A stretch of 64,000 bases of DNA, from contig CBDBDT010000001.1 in the NCBI GenBank assembly GCA_965203975.1, forward strand, positions 564,466 through 628,465. The letters run 5' to 3'. The stretch comes from Dehalococcoidia bacterium (lineage in GTDB: Bacteria > Chloroflexota > Dehalococcoidia > Lucifugimonadales > UBA3495). A model generated the notes under the pieces. It made no database searches. It saw only the letters and a program-made list of their open reading frames with translations, and was not told where the DNA came from. Of this stretch, positions 18,765 to 30,357 are shown piece by piece. Made by a program: the position numbers and the translations under genes. Numbering within the stretch: the first letter of the stretch is position 1; each line of letters starts with the position of its first letter.

Positions 18765-18790
18765 ACGCCCTAGAAGCGCTTCTAGGGCGT
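18765..18790. other. 26-bp perfect palindrome (operator or terminator candidate)
   Basis: ACGCCCTAGAAGC|GCTTCTAGGGCGT, preceded by a second palindrome TCGCAT-GA-ATGCGA at 18749-18762. Confidence 0.6.
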
Positions 18791-18859
18791 CGCTCTTGCC
18801 GGTAGCTCTTTAGTCGGCATCTGGGGCTCAACGGCCATGGGTCATCGGCCACGATGTTT

Positions 18860-19102
18860 CTACCGCTTGTTGTAGATGGAGTTTTCATCGCTGGTTTCCC
18901 AGGCCCCATGCACAGCCGCCATAACCTCTTCGATTTGGTCCGGGCGGACTTCCAGGGCTTTGGCAAGCTTATTACCGGTGATTTGGGACGGGAGGGTTTC
19001 TCCCCCTTCGATGGCGGTGATGGTCTTGACTGGGACCCGGGCCATTTCGCTCAGTCCCTCGATGGTCAGCGATTTCTCCTCGCGCAGTTCTTGCAGTTTC
19101 AT
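18860..19102 (-). CDS. XRE-family helix-turn-helix protein
   Basis: LREEKSLTIEGLSEMARVPVKTITAIEGGE is a typical HTH_3/Cro-C1 pattern. AGGAGG SD upstream. Confidence 0.75.
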   Translation of the reverse strand: MKLQELREEKSLTIEGLSEMARVPVKTITAIEGGETLPSQITGNKLAKALEVRPDQIEEVMAAVHGAWETSDENSIYNKR

Positions 19103-19297
19103 GTCCCTACACCTCCTTTTTCATATTACGATTCTAACGCTAAATCCAAGGATAGTGTAGGGGTTTCAGCGATAATCCGAAAACCGAAAGTGCATGTTGG
19201 TATAGATGCAGAATTCATTGCGTATTTTCCGACGATACCACGGCTGCTCTGCATATCTACGGCATGGAAAACGCTCCGCCGTGCAGTGCCCAACCAA

Positions 19298-19564
19298 TCA
19301 ACGGTAGACTTGGCCCCGGTGCCCCGCTTCCAATACCAGGACGCGAAGGACTTCATCCTGAATGTCACAGACGATACGGTAATTCCCCACCCGGTAACTC
19401 CAGAGGCCAGCCAAATCCCCGGTCAGCGCGTGTCCCAGCGCTCGCGGGTTGGGCGAGAGCGCAACCCGGTTTTCCAAATAGCCGGTAATCCGTTGGGATA
19501 CTTGGCGGTCCAGTCTGGCGAGCTGCCGGTTGGCTCTATTGGAGTATTCAACTTTCCATGCCAA
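19298..19564 (-). CDS. RelE/ParE family type II toxin
   Basis: 88 aa with the ...WSYRVGNYRIVCDIQDEVLRVLVLEAGHRGQVYR C-terminal signature. Confidence 0.8.
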   Translation of the reverse strand: MAWKVEYSNRANRQLARLDRQVSQRITGYLENRVALSPNPRALGHALTGDLAGLWSYRVGNYRIVCDIQDEVLRVLVLEAGHRGQVYR

Positions 19565-20243
19565 GGTGGGCCCTTACTTCTTCCGAAGAGTATGTGCGTT
19601 CCTTACCCTGCCGGATGCGCTCCGCAATCTCGGCCGCACCGCTGAAGTACTCTGCCTCCTGACGGGCCATCTCGGCAAGGATGGCCGCCACCGTTGGGGC
19701 CAGGCGGTCGTAGGTTACCGGCGAAGCGAGTTTCTTCAGGGGATTCAAGCTGATGGTTTTCTGTGCCCCGTGCCGCCTCGTCAACAGGTACTCCGGCACC
19801 ACGAAAAACTGCCACTGGTCGGCGCGTCGGTGGTCGGCGGCTTGGGGGTTGGTCTCCGGGTGCCAGGCGAAGATGTAGATGTCGGCGGGGCGGATGAGTC
19901 CGTTCTCGGTCAGGTCGGTAGCGTCAATCCATATTGCGTCATAGTCGCTAGCGTCCCAGTAGCCTGTGCCGGGAGCGATGTCGAAGGACGGCGAGCCTTT
20001 TCCGCGGGGCTCCTCAGTGTGCCAGGACTGACAGGCCACCGCCTGCTTCACTTCCAGCCGCACGTGCGCATCGTTCTCCAGGTCCCAGCTACTCCAATCG
20101 GGCACCAGTCTCCACGGCGGCCCCAGAATGGCCAGCACCAACCCTTCCACGTAATCGGCGCGCCGAATATTGGCGATCCGCTGGGAAGAGTAGAACTTCT
20201 CGACCAGGGCCTTTACCGCTTGCTGGTGCAGGGCGTCTTGCAT
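19548..20243 (-). CDS. hypothetical protein with a PD-(D/E)XK-like N-terminal domain and an antitoxin-like C-terminal tail
   Basis: ATG at 20241-20243 with GGGAGG upstream; the track ORF is extended artefactually across the tRNA. Contains a WDLEND...LEVKQ (D...ExK) motif. The C-terminus, AEIAERIRQGKERTYSSEEVRAHLG, overlaps the toxin start by 17 nt. Confidence 0.5.
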   Translation of the reverse strand: MQDALHQQAVKALVEKFYSSQRIANIRRADYVEGLVLAILGPPWRLVPDWSSWDLENDAHVRLEVKQAVACQSWHTEEPRGKGSPSFDIAPGTGYWDASDYDAIWIDATDLTENGLIRPADIYIFAWHPETNPQAADHRRADQWQFFVVPEYLLTRRHGAQKTISLNPLKKLASPVTYDRLAPTVAAILAEMARQEAEYFSGAAEIAERIRQGKERTYSSEEVRAHLGMES

Positions 20244-20309
20244 TTCGGCTAGGCCTCCCAAGTGCAAGGCCCCGGATGAAATCCGGGGCCTTGAAGGTTT
20301 CGGTGTTGT

Positions 20310-20384
20310 TGGTAGCGGGGGTTGGATTCGAACCAACGACCTTCGGGTTATGAGCCCGACGAGCTGCCACTGCTCCACCCCGCG
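20310..20384 (-). tRNA. initiator tRNA-Met (CAU)
   Basis: Full cloverleaf parsed by hand: CGCGGGG acceptor with a C1xU72 mismatch, A11:U24, three G:C pairs closing the CTCATAA anticodon loop, TTCGAAT T-loop, encoded CCA. Confidence 0.9.
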
Positions 20385-20488
20385 ACGGTGGCGCCGGCTA
20401 TTGAGCCGGCATTGAAGGGAACAAGAAGTCTGGTTCCTGATTTCGTCCAAGCGGTGATTCTTTCAAGAAGTTTGAAGTTCTTAGCGTG

Positions 20489-23548
<3,060 letters not shown>

Positions 23549-23919
23549 CACGCTAGGAACTCCAAACTTTCTCGGCTTGGACTTTTCCAGGATCAATTAG
23601 ACTTCTTATTCTCTTTTTAAGGTGCCGCACAAGAGAAACGGCGGTTGGGTCACCCCAAGCCGCCGGCCAAGGTATACCCTTCCGTTGTATGGTGGTCAGG
23701 TGATCCGCATCTGGTTGATTGGAACCCCTTCTCCTTGCGTTTCTTCAGTGCCAGACAGATTATAGGGATAGTCTCCCCTCCCGTCAAGGGGTGTATTGGG
23801 GAACTTTCTCAATGCAGAACAGGTTTCCGGGGACGGGTCTATGGGGACGGGTCTCTTCAGGCGGGACCATCCCAGCCGCTTGTGGGCCATCATCGGGGCC
23901 CCCTGTCCACTTTCCGTGG

Positions 23920-25206
23920 TCAACTACGGCGCAGTTTCGGCGCCAAAACCGCCAGGATGGCGACCAAGACCGTTCCCAGGATAGCGTTCATCTGCGCTGC
24001 GGCGGGAGCCCCCAGCAGCCCAGCCACCGCTCCCGAGTTGATGCTGCCGAAGGTGTGGGCCGAAATCGCCAGGACCCGCAGCCCCATTATCCGCCCCCGG
24101 ACGTCGGGCCGGGCTATGCGCAGCATGACCGAGACTATCAAAACCAGGGACGCCGAATAAGCCGCCCCGGTAAACACCAGGATGATCAACGCCGGCATGG
24201 TTGAACCGACAAAGGAAAAGGCGGCGATGCTGCCGTGCCAGACAACCACCGCTCCAATGAGGAACCAGCCGGCCCGGCGGACGCCGGGCGTGACCGCCAG
24301 GACCAGTGAGCCTAGGAGGGCTCCGACGCCGAAAGCGGACATCAGCAGGCCGAGTCCGACGGAACCGAGGCCGAGGACGTCACGGGCGAATACCGGAAGG
24401 AGAGTGGTGTGGAAGGGAAAGCCGCTGATGTTAATGATAACGGCCACCATCAGGGCGGCCCAAATGGGTTGGCTCCCCTTGACGTACTTCAACCCGTCCA
24501 GGATTGCCCGCAGAACGGGAACCCCCGCCGCCGCGGGGCTGCCCCTGGGTACCCGGACCATCAAGGCGCAGGCGGCTCCGGCAAGGTGCAAAGCGACCAT
24601 GGCGCCGTAGGCCCCCTGAGGCCCGGTCAAATCGAACAGCCATCCGCCGACCAGGGGGCCGGCGATGAGGGTGAAATTCATCCCGGTGGTGGTCAAAGCA
24701 ACACTGTTCCCGATGCGGTCCTGGGAGACCGAATCGGCCGCGAGGGACTGCACAGCCGGCATCTGGAATATCCGGGCCAGGCCTCCAGCGAGAGTTATGG
24801 CGAAGACTTGCCAGATCTGCAGCCAGCCTCCGACGATGAGGGCGGCCATGGTCAGCCCAAGGCAGGCGGTGGTGACTTCGACGGAAGCCAGCACGAGATG
24901 GCGGGGCAACCGGTCCACCACCGCTCCCGCCAGGAGAGCGACCGGATTGAGTCCGAGACGGGCCGCGGTGACGAGCCCAACGTATAAAGGGGAGTCGGTG
25001 AGGTTCAGGACCAGCCAACCGAGGACCAGCACTTCCATCTGGTTGCCCATGGCCCCCAGCATGTTGGACGACCAGACCAGGGCGAAATTCCGCTGGCCTA
25101 GGATCGCTACAGGGTAGACGGCCCGAGTCAAAGCGCTGGTTAATTTCCGTTGGGATGTCAATGTTTGAAGATGACCAGGGTTGGCGCAAGATTCAAGAAA
25201 AGCCAA
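23920..25206 (-). CDS. MFS transporter
   Basis: About 12 predicted hydrophobic segments. N-terminal RNFALVWSSNMLGAMG motif typical of this MFS subgroup. The start is uncertain. Confidence 0.8.
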   Translation of the reverse strand: MAFLESCANPGHLQTLTSQRKLTSALTRAVYPVAILGQRNFALVWSSNMLGAMGNQMEVLVLGWLVLNLTDSPLYVGLVTAARLGLNPVALLAGAVVDRLPRHLVLASVEVTTACLGLTMAALIVGGWLQIWQVFAITLAGGLARIFQMPAVQSLAADSVSQDRIGNSVALTTTGMNFTLIAGPLVGGWLFDLTGPQGAYGAMVALHLAGAACALMVRVPRGSPAAAGVPVLRAILDGLKYVKGSQPIWAALMVAVIINISGFPFHTTLLPVFARDVLGLGSVGLGLLMSAFGVGALLGSLVLAVTPGVRRAGWFLIGAVVVWHGSIAAFSFVGSTMPALIILVFTGAAYSASLVLIVSVMLRIARPDVRGRIMGLRVLAISAHTFGSINSGAVAGLLGAPAAAQMNAILGTVLVAILAVLAPKLRRS

Positions 25207-25304
25207 TGTTAACCCCGGCGCACAGGCAGCGCCGGGGTCTGGAGGGATGCTGGTTCTTCAGCTCTGGAAGTCTTGAGGCGAAGTTGGAGGAGGGGTTCCC
25301 GGGG

Positions 25305-25793
25305 TTAGCCGGCTTCGTTAAGGCATTGCTCAAGCAGATTGAATGCTGCCCGGGCGAAGACCCACATGTTGCCTTCCCGGTCGCTGTCGCCGGTCTCGAC
25401 GGTGATGGCCTTCTCCACCGGGCCGGAGACGGCGATGCAGGCGTGCCCGGCGGAGTCGCCGTAGCGGTTCCCGGTGGGGCCGCTGGCCCCGGTCTCGCTC
25501 AGGGCCCAGGTGGTGCCCAACGAGTCCCGGATCGTCCGGGCGTTGAGCAGGGCGTAGGCCTCGGTGCTGGCCCGAATGTCGGCCATTGCTTCGTCCGGGA
25601 CCTGGAGCAGTCCCCGCTGGGCTATGCGGGTGTAGACCACGGACCCGCCGACGTAGTAAGCCGAGGCGCCGGGGATGGATACCAGACAGGCGGAAAGCAG
25701 GCCGCCGCAGGATGACTCGGAAACCGAGAGGGTCTGCTGGCGTTCCTTGAGGGCCGCACCCACCGATGCGGCGGTGTCTTGAAGTTCGGGCAT
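25305..25793 (-). CDS. CinA-family nicotinamide-nucleotide amidohydrolase (PncC-like) domain protein
   Basis: TLSVSESSCGGLLSACL and YVGGSVVYT motifs. Confidence 0.8.
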   Translation of the reverse strand: MPELQDTAASVGAALKERQQTLSVSESSCGGLLSACLVSIPGASAYYVGGSVVYTRIAQRGLLQVPDEAMADIRASTEAYALLNARTIRDSLGTTWALSETGASGPTGNRYGDSAGHACIAVSGPVEKAITVETGDSDREGNMWVFARAAFNLLEQCLNEAG

Positions 25794-25845
25794 TATTGAC
25801 TCCTTGGTTGGGTCGGGATTGTCGGCACCGCTCGATGTAAGGCGG

Positions 25846-26691
25846 TTAGCGGCCCTTGAAGTCCGGGCGGCGTTTTTCGAGGAAGGCTTGCACGGCCTCC
25901 TTGTGGTCCTCGGTCTGCCGGGCGTGCTCCTGGGCTACCCGGGCTAGTTCCAGGTGGTCGGACAGGCTGCTGTCCATGGCCTGGTGGACGAGATATTTGA
26001 TCAAGGAATAGGACTGGGTTGGGCCGTGGGCCAGCCGGGATGCCAACTGTTGCGCTTCTTCCAGCAACTGCCCGTCCGGGAAAACCTTGCTGGCCAGGCC
26101 CAGCCGAAAAGCCTCGTTGCCGTCAACCCGGTCCCCGGTGTACTGGAGCAGCAGGGTGTTGCTGAGGCCGATGAGCCGGGGAAGCTGCCAGCAGCTACCG
26201 TCGGCAGGGATTAGTCCCCGCAGGACAAAGGCCTCGGAGAACACGGCTTTCTCGGCGGCGACGCGGATGTCGCAGGCGAGGGCGAGACCCATTCCGACAC
26301 CCACGGCGTGACCGTTGACGGCGGCGACGGAGGGTTTCTGGAGCTGGTGAATCCGGTAGACGACCTGGGGAGCGTCGTAACGGGACGACTGGGAGTTCCG
26401 GGCGAACCGGGCTTCCATCTTCCCCCAGGGCAGAGATTCCGGCTCCTCGGACCGGGCCTCCCGGTCCTGGATGCGCCGGCTGAACCCCCGGACGTTGGCG
26501 CCGGAGCAGAAGGACGGCTCGGTGCCGGTGAGGAGCAGAACGCGCTCGTCGGGATCGGCCTCGAACTGGTCTATCCGGTCCACCATCTCCCGCGCCATGT
26601 CCGGCCCCAGGGCGTTGCGGGTGGGAGGATCGTGCATGGTGATGGTTAGTACGCCTTCGGTCACGTCGGTCTGGATGAACTCGCTGCCCAT
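25846..26691 (-). CDS. enoyl-CoA hydratase/isomerase (crotonase) family protein
   Basis: FCSGANV ... AAVNGHAVGVGMGLALACDIRVA oxyanion-hole motifs. Confidence 0.85.
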   Translation of the reverse strand: MGSEFIQTDVTEGVLTITMHDPPTRNALGPDMAREMVDRIDQFEADPDERVLLLTGTEPSFCSGANVRGFSRRIQDREARSEEPESLPWGKMEARFARNSQSSRYDAPQVVYRIHQLQKPSVAAVNGHAVGVGMGLALACDIRVAAEKAVFSEAFVLRGLIPADGSCWQLPRLIGLSNTLLLQYTGDRVDGNEAFRLGLASKVFPDGQLLEEAQQLASRLAHGPTQSYSLIKYLVHQAMDSSLSDHLELARVAQEHARQTEDHKEAVQAFLEKRRPDFKGR

Positions 26692-26884
26692 GCGGCCCCC
26701 AATTTACCCGGGGTTGTCCCGGGGGATAGCTCTGAGCATTCTACCCAACCGAGGCGGCGCTGTCATTGGGGATGGTTGGACGGGGCAGGCCCCGGTGGTA
26801 TCCCCGGGCCGGCGGGCTTATAATCTCCTCAAAACAAGTCGGCCCGGGCCTACCGCCTGTCGCCGCTACTGAGGAGGTAAGGGA

Positions 26885-27313
26885 ATGCAGCAGGGAACGA
26901 TCACCGCTTTGCACATCGCCCGGGTCAAGGGGACGCCTTCCGACCCGGTCCAGGAGGCGCGGGCCCTGTCGGGGCAGGGCATCGAGGGAGACCGCAGCTG
27001 CAGCGTGGACAACACTCGCCAGGTGCTAGTGATGGACCAAGAAACCCTGGACAGGCTGGATGTGAAACCGGGCCAGGTCAAGGAGAACATTACCACCGTC
27101 GGATTGGACCTGGAGAACGCGCAGGCCGGCCAAGTGCTGTTCGTCGGGGACGATGTGACCCTGGAGTTCGTGGGGCCCTGCGTGGCCTGCGGCAAGATGA
27201 ACAACATCCGTCCCGGCCTGCTGGAGGAGATCCAGGGTCGGCGGGGGATGCTGGCGGTTGTGATTAACGGCGGCGAATTCAAGGTGGGGGACACGGTTCG
27301 GCTGGAGCCGTAG
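26885..27313 (+). CDS. MOSC domain-containing protein
   Basis: Size and the GPCVACGKM / GMLAVVINGG pattern. GAGGAGG SD upstream. Confidence 0.75.
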   Translation: MQQGTITALHIARVKGTPSDPVQEARALSGQGIEGDRSCSVDNTRQVLVMDQETLDRLDVKPGQVKENITTVGLDLENAQAGQVLFVGDDVTLEFVGPCVACGKMNNIRPGLLEEIQGRRGMLAVVINGGEFKVGDTVRLEP

Positions 27314-27389
27314 GCGGCCCCTCAACCGGGGCGAGACTTGGACTAAGGCCGGGGCGATTAATCCGCGCCCCGGCTCTTTTGTGCGGGGT

Positions 27390-27968
27390 TCAAGGGGCGC
27401 GGCCGGTGAGGCCGAGGAGCAGGTCGCGGCTGCCAGCGGTTGGAGGCACCACCACCGGAGGGGCGAACATTCCCATTTCCCGGCCTATCTCCATTTCGGG
27501 TCCCAGGATCTGGAAAGCCGTCTCTGCCAGGGAATCGTCAATGGAGACGTCCTGGCCGGTGGCCCGGGCCAGGTCCCAGCCGTGAATCACTGCCTCGGCC
27601 AGCATGAAGAGGGCAAATTTGGCCACGGTTACCTGGGTTGGCCCCAGGTCAAGGGGCTTTTCCAGCGCGCCGGGAACCTTCAGGGCCTCAGCCAAGCGGG
27701 CTGAGGCAGCGGCGAAAGCCTCCTCCGCGCCCTCCGGGGGTAGCGGGCCACTGACGTCCATGGGGTCGATACCGGGGCCGCCGGTAATGATGTCGTGAGC
27801 GCCGATGGCTCCGCGGATGATGTGGTGGAGCAACTGCCCGACGTTCCAGTCGGCGCAGGGGGTGGGGAGTTCCAACTGTTCCGGGCCGACCCCCACCAAA
27901 ATGGGACGGATGGAGGCTGCGGCGGCCTGGAAGAGTTCAACCGGGTCGGGGTTGCCGGGTTGGGTCAT
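27390..27968 (-). CDS. DinB-superfamily protein (TIGR03086 / maleylpyruvate isomerase N-terminal-like)
   Basis: ATG at 27966-27968. PTPCADWNVGQLLHHI motif. The 407-aa track ORF has an R/P/G-rich artefactual extension. Confidence 0.7.
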   Translation of the reverse strand: MTQPGNPDPVELFQAAAASIRPILVGVGPEQLELPTPCADWNVGQLLHHIIRGAIGAHDIITGGPGIDPMDVSGPLPPEGAEEAFAAASARLAEALKVPGALEKPLDLGPTQVTVAKFALFMLAEAVIHGWDLARATGQDVSIDDSLAETAFQILGPEMEIGREMGMFAPPVVVPPTAGSRDLLLGLTGRAP

Positions 27969-28051
27969 GTCGGTGTCTCCAAAGTCGTGGCGGGGAAAGT
28001 TACAGGGGCGCACAACCGTGCGCCCCTGTGTTTTACCGGGGGTAGATCCAG

Positions 28052-29413
28052 CTAGCGCACTAGCGTCCGTTGGATGGTTTCGGCCAGGTCGGCGACCTGG
28101 GTGATGTCGGTCCAGGTGTCGATGGTGTCGTCGACCCGATCCTGGGGGAGGGCCAGGCCGGCGTTGACCTGGAACTTGCTCTTGATGTTGTCGAAGCCCC
28201 AGGGATTCCCCTGCGCTCCTAGGATGTTGGCCCGGGCGGTGCGGTGCTCGACGACGCGGCCGTCCTTGAGCTTGATGCGGATGGGCAGGCCGGCGGCGTG
28301 GTCGGTGAGACCCTCCTCGGCCTTGGCCATGACCCGGTTGCGTACCTTGCCCATAGCCTCCTGGATCTGGGGGTCTTTGATTTTTTCCTGGCTGAAGGTT
28401 GGGATGGAGACCTCGCCGTCCACCAGGGCGGCGGCGACGTTGTACTTGGCGCTGAACTTGCCCTTGAGCTCGTCGTCGGGTTCCTCGTAGAGCATGACGA
28501 TGGAGAGGAAGGACTGGTCCACCTCGGCTTCCTCCACGTCGTCGTAGGTGAAGTTGTGCTCGCGCATGAGGCTGAAGAGGCTGTCCAGCATGGCGTGGTT
28601 GCCGCCGCAGCAAGGGTACTTCTTAATCATGAGGGCGTCCTGGATCCGGAAGGGCTTGCCCATGTTCTCGGCCATGTCGTTGAGGTCGTAGATGCCCTCG
28701 CCGAGGACGGTGCTAGTGTAGCCCAGGGGGTGCTCCAGGACCTGCTGGCCGGAGGTCAGTCCGCGCTGGGCGAGCTGGGCGGCGGTGACGCCGTCGCGGC
28801 AGACCAGGCCGGCGTGGAGGGGCTTGGTCATGGTGCCGAAGTTGTGGATGACGCCGCTGGCCATGGAGCCGGCGATGCCCAGGGCTGTGACGGTCTGGTC
28901 ATGGTCCAGGCCGAGGAGCTTGCAGCAGGCCGCGGTGCAGGCCATCCGCCCGATGACGGCGGTGGCGTGGAAGCCCTTGGCCATCTGGTTGTACTTGGTG
29001 GTGTGCTGGAGCGCCAAGCCAAGCTCGCAGCCGATGACGTAGGCTTCCAGCAGGTCGCGGCCGGTGGAGCCCAGCTTTTCTCCCAGGGCCAGCAGGGCGG
29101 GGAAGATGGCTACGGTGGGATGGCCAAAGCCACCGAAGTCATCATAGTCCAGGGCGTGGCCCATGGTGCCGTTGGCCAGGGCGGCGTTGGGCAGGGACGT
29201 CTTGCCGCCGGTGGACAGGACGGTGGCCTCGGGGCTGCCGCCCAGGTCGTTGACGTAGTTTTGGATGATGTCGCCGACGGGCTGGACGGAGCCGGCCAGG
29301 ATTACGCCGAGCAGGTCGAAGCAGGACTCGTTGGCGACGCGGATGGCGTCGGGGGGAATGTCCTCGTAGGTGGTGTCAACTATCCATTGGGCAATGGTCT
29401 CGGTTGCGCCCAT
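28052..29413 (-). CDS. MmgE/PrpD family protein (2-methylcitrate dehydratase-like)
   Basis: GHALDYDDFGGFGHPT motif. ATG at 29411-29413 lies 5 nt after GGGAGG. Confidence 0.85.
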   Translation of the reverse strand: MGATETIAQWIVDTTYEDIPPDAIRVANESCFDLLGVILAGSVQPVGDIIQNYVNDLGGSPEATVLSTGGKTSLPNAALANGTMGHALDYDDFGGFGHPTVAIFPALLALGEKLGSTGRDLLEAYVIGCELGLALQHTTKYNQMAKGFHATAVIGRMACTAACCKLLGLDHDQTVTALGIAGSMASGVIHNFGTMTKPLHAGLVCRDGVTAAQLAQRGLTSGQQVLEHPLGYTSTVLGEGIYDLNDMAENMGKPFRIQDALMIKKYPCCGGNHAMLDSLFSLMREHNFTYDDVEEAEVDQSFLSIVMLYEEPDDELKGKFSAKYNVAAALVDGEVSIPTFSQEKIKDPQIQEAMGKVRNRVMAKAEEGLTDHAAGLPIRIKLKDGRVVEHRTARANILGAQGNPWGFDNIKSKFQVNAGLALPQDRVDDTIDTWTDITQVADLAETIQRTLVR

Positions 29414-29510
29414 TGTGACCTCCCATTTCGGCAAATTTGTGCGGGGCCATTATATAACAGGAGGCGGGCCGGGGAAATTTGCCGGGTGGGGGACCCAAGT
29501 TATTATATCT

Positions 29511-29537
29511 GCCACATTTTGCTACATTCTGTCGCAT
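29511..29537 (+). repeat. second copy of the 27-bp decamer-triplet unit
   Basis: Identical to 11415-11441. A shared AAGGGGGCCAGCGTCAG follows about 90-130 nt downstream at both loci. Confidence 0.85.
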
Positions 29538-29869
29538 TTCGGTGGTGGGACCGATCTGGGCACAAGCGTTGTCCGAGATTCACAGCCATAATTCCATGAT
29601 AGATGCTGGACGCCGCTACGGGGAAGGGGGCCAGCGTCAGCAAAATGGGGGCAAGTTGGTGTGCGGGGAAGGCCCACAAACAGAAACGCTTGTTGTGGGT
29701 CTATATTAGTAGCAAGCAAGGTATTGACAGATTTCTTCGCAATATCGGATGAATTGTGCCTATTTCCGAAGTAAACGAAAGAAATCACCAAGCAAATTGG
29801 GGGTGCGATACGCACGGGGAATGACGCTGTCCGAGTGCCACAAATGCAACACCGGACTACCATCGCTGT

Positions 29870-30307
29870 TCAGCACGACCAAAAATGCCAAAAGTCGTCC
29901 TCGCCATACATGGCAATTGATGGTTGATTTTCCTGTCCTAATGACATCCATAGACGATTTTCACCCGTGGTGTCATTCATAAATAGGTGTGGCCTGCCGT
30001 CCGGGAATATGTGTATCTCGAACCGGTTTTCGCCGTTCGAGTCTCTCATAGATAGGTGTGGCCTGCCGTCCGGGAATATGCGTATCCCGAACCGGTTTTC
30101 GCCGTTCGAGTCTCTCATAGCCAAAGACGCTCCTCCACCGTCTAGCAACCTAAGCGACAATTGGGGTTCACCATTTTGGCTGTACATAACGAGACCTGGT
30201 TCGTCGTCAAAGAGATCCAAAACAGCTCTCACCTCGCCATCATTGCCCATCAGTTCAAAGGACTTGGCTTGTATTACGTCTGGGATATGATTCCTTCTAG
30301 TGGACAT
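29870..30307 (-). CDS. hypothetical protein built from ~23-aa repeats
   Basis: ATG with AGGAGG 8 nt upstream. Contains MRDSNGENRFGIRIFPDGRPHLS / MRDSNGENRFEIHIFPDGRPHLF plus degenerate flanking repeats. The local DNA is visibly more AT-rich. Confidence 0.55.
   Translation of the reverse strand: MSTRRNHIPDVIQAKSFELMGNDGEVRAVLDLFDDEPGLVMYSQNGEPQLSLRLLDGGGASLAMRDSNGENRFGIRIFPDGRPHLSMRDSNGENRFEIHIFPDGRPHLFMNDTTGENRLWMSLGQENQPSIAMYGEDDFWHFWSC
29983..30120. repeat. 2 x 69-bp near-identical tandem repeat (coding, in frame)
   Basis: Units start at 29983 and 30052 and differ at two positions. Confidence 0.9.
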
Positions 30308-30357
30308 GAGAAGTCCTCCTTTGGCGCAAAGTGGGTCAATAGGATAGGAGTGGCAAA

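Noticed and set aside
20244-20450. N-terminal 69 codons of track ORF 19548-20450
   Set aside because: This extension reads straight through the tRNA-fMet gene. An internal ATG at 20243 with GGGAGG upstream is the credible start.
20385-20488. 5S rRNA expected between 23S and the tRNA
   Set aside because: The gap is only 104 nt and lacks any 5S-like conserved stretch I can recognise.
27969-28613. N-terminal two thirds of the 407-aa ORF 27390-28613
   Set aside because: It is an extremely R/P/G/H-rich extension that overlaps the PrpD-like gene in another frame. The DinB-like domain starts at ATG 27968.
28244-29599. 451-aa plus-strand ORF
   Set aside because: It is antisense to the MmgE/PrpD gene. 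The composition is G/V/A/D-rich with no motifs.
29983-30120. Tandem 69-bp repeat as a possible CRISPR or minisatellite
   Set aside because: There are only two contiguous units with no spacers, in frame within a CDS that has a good SD. It is a coding repeat.
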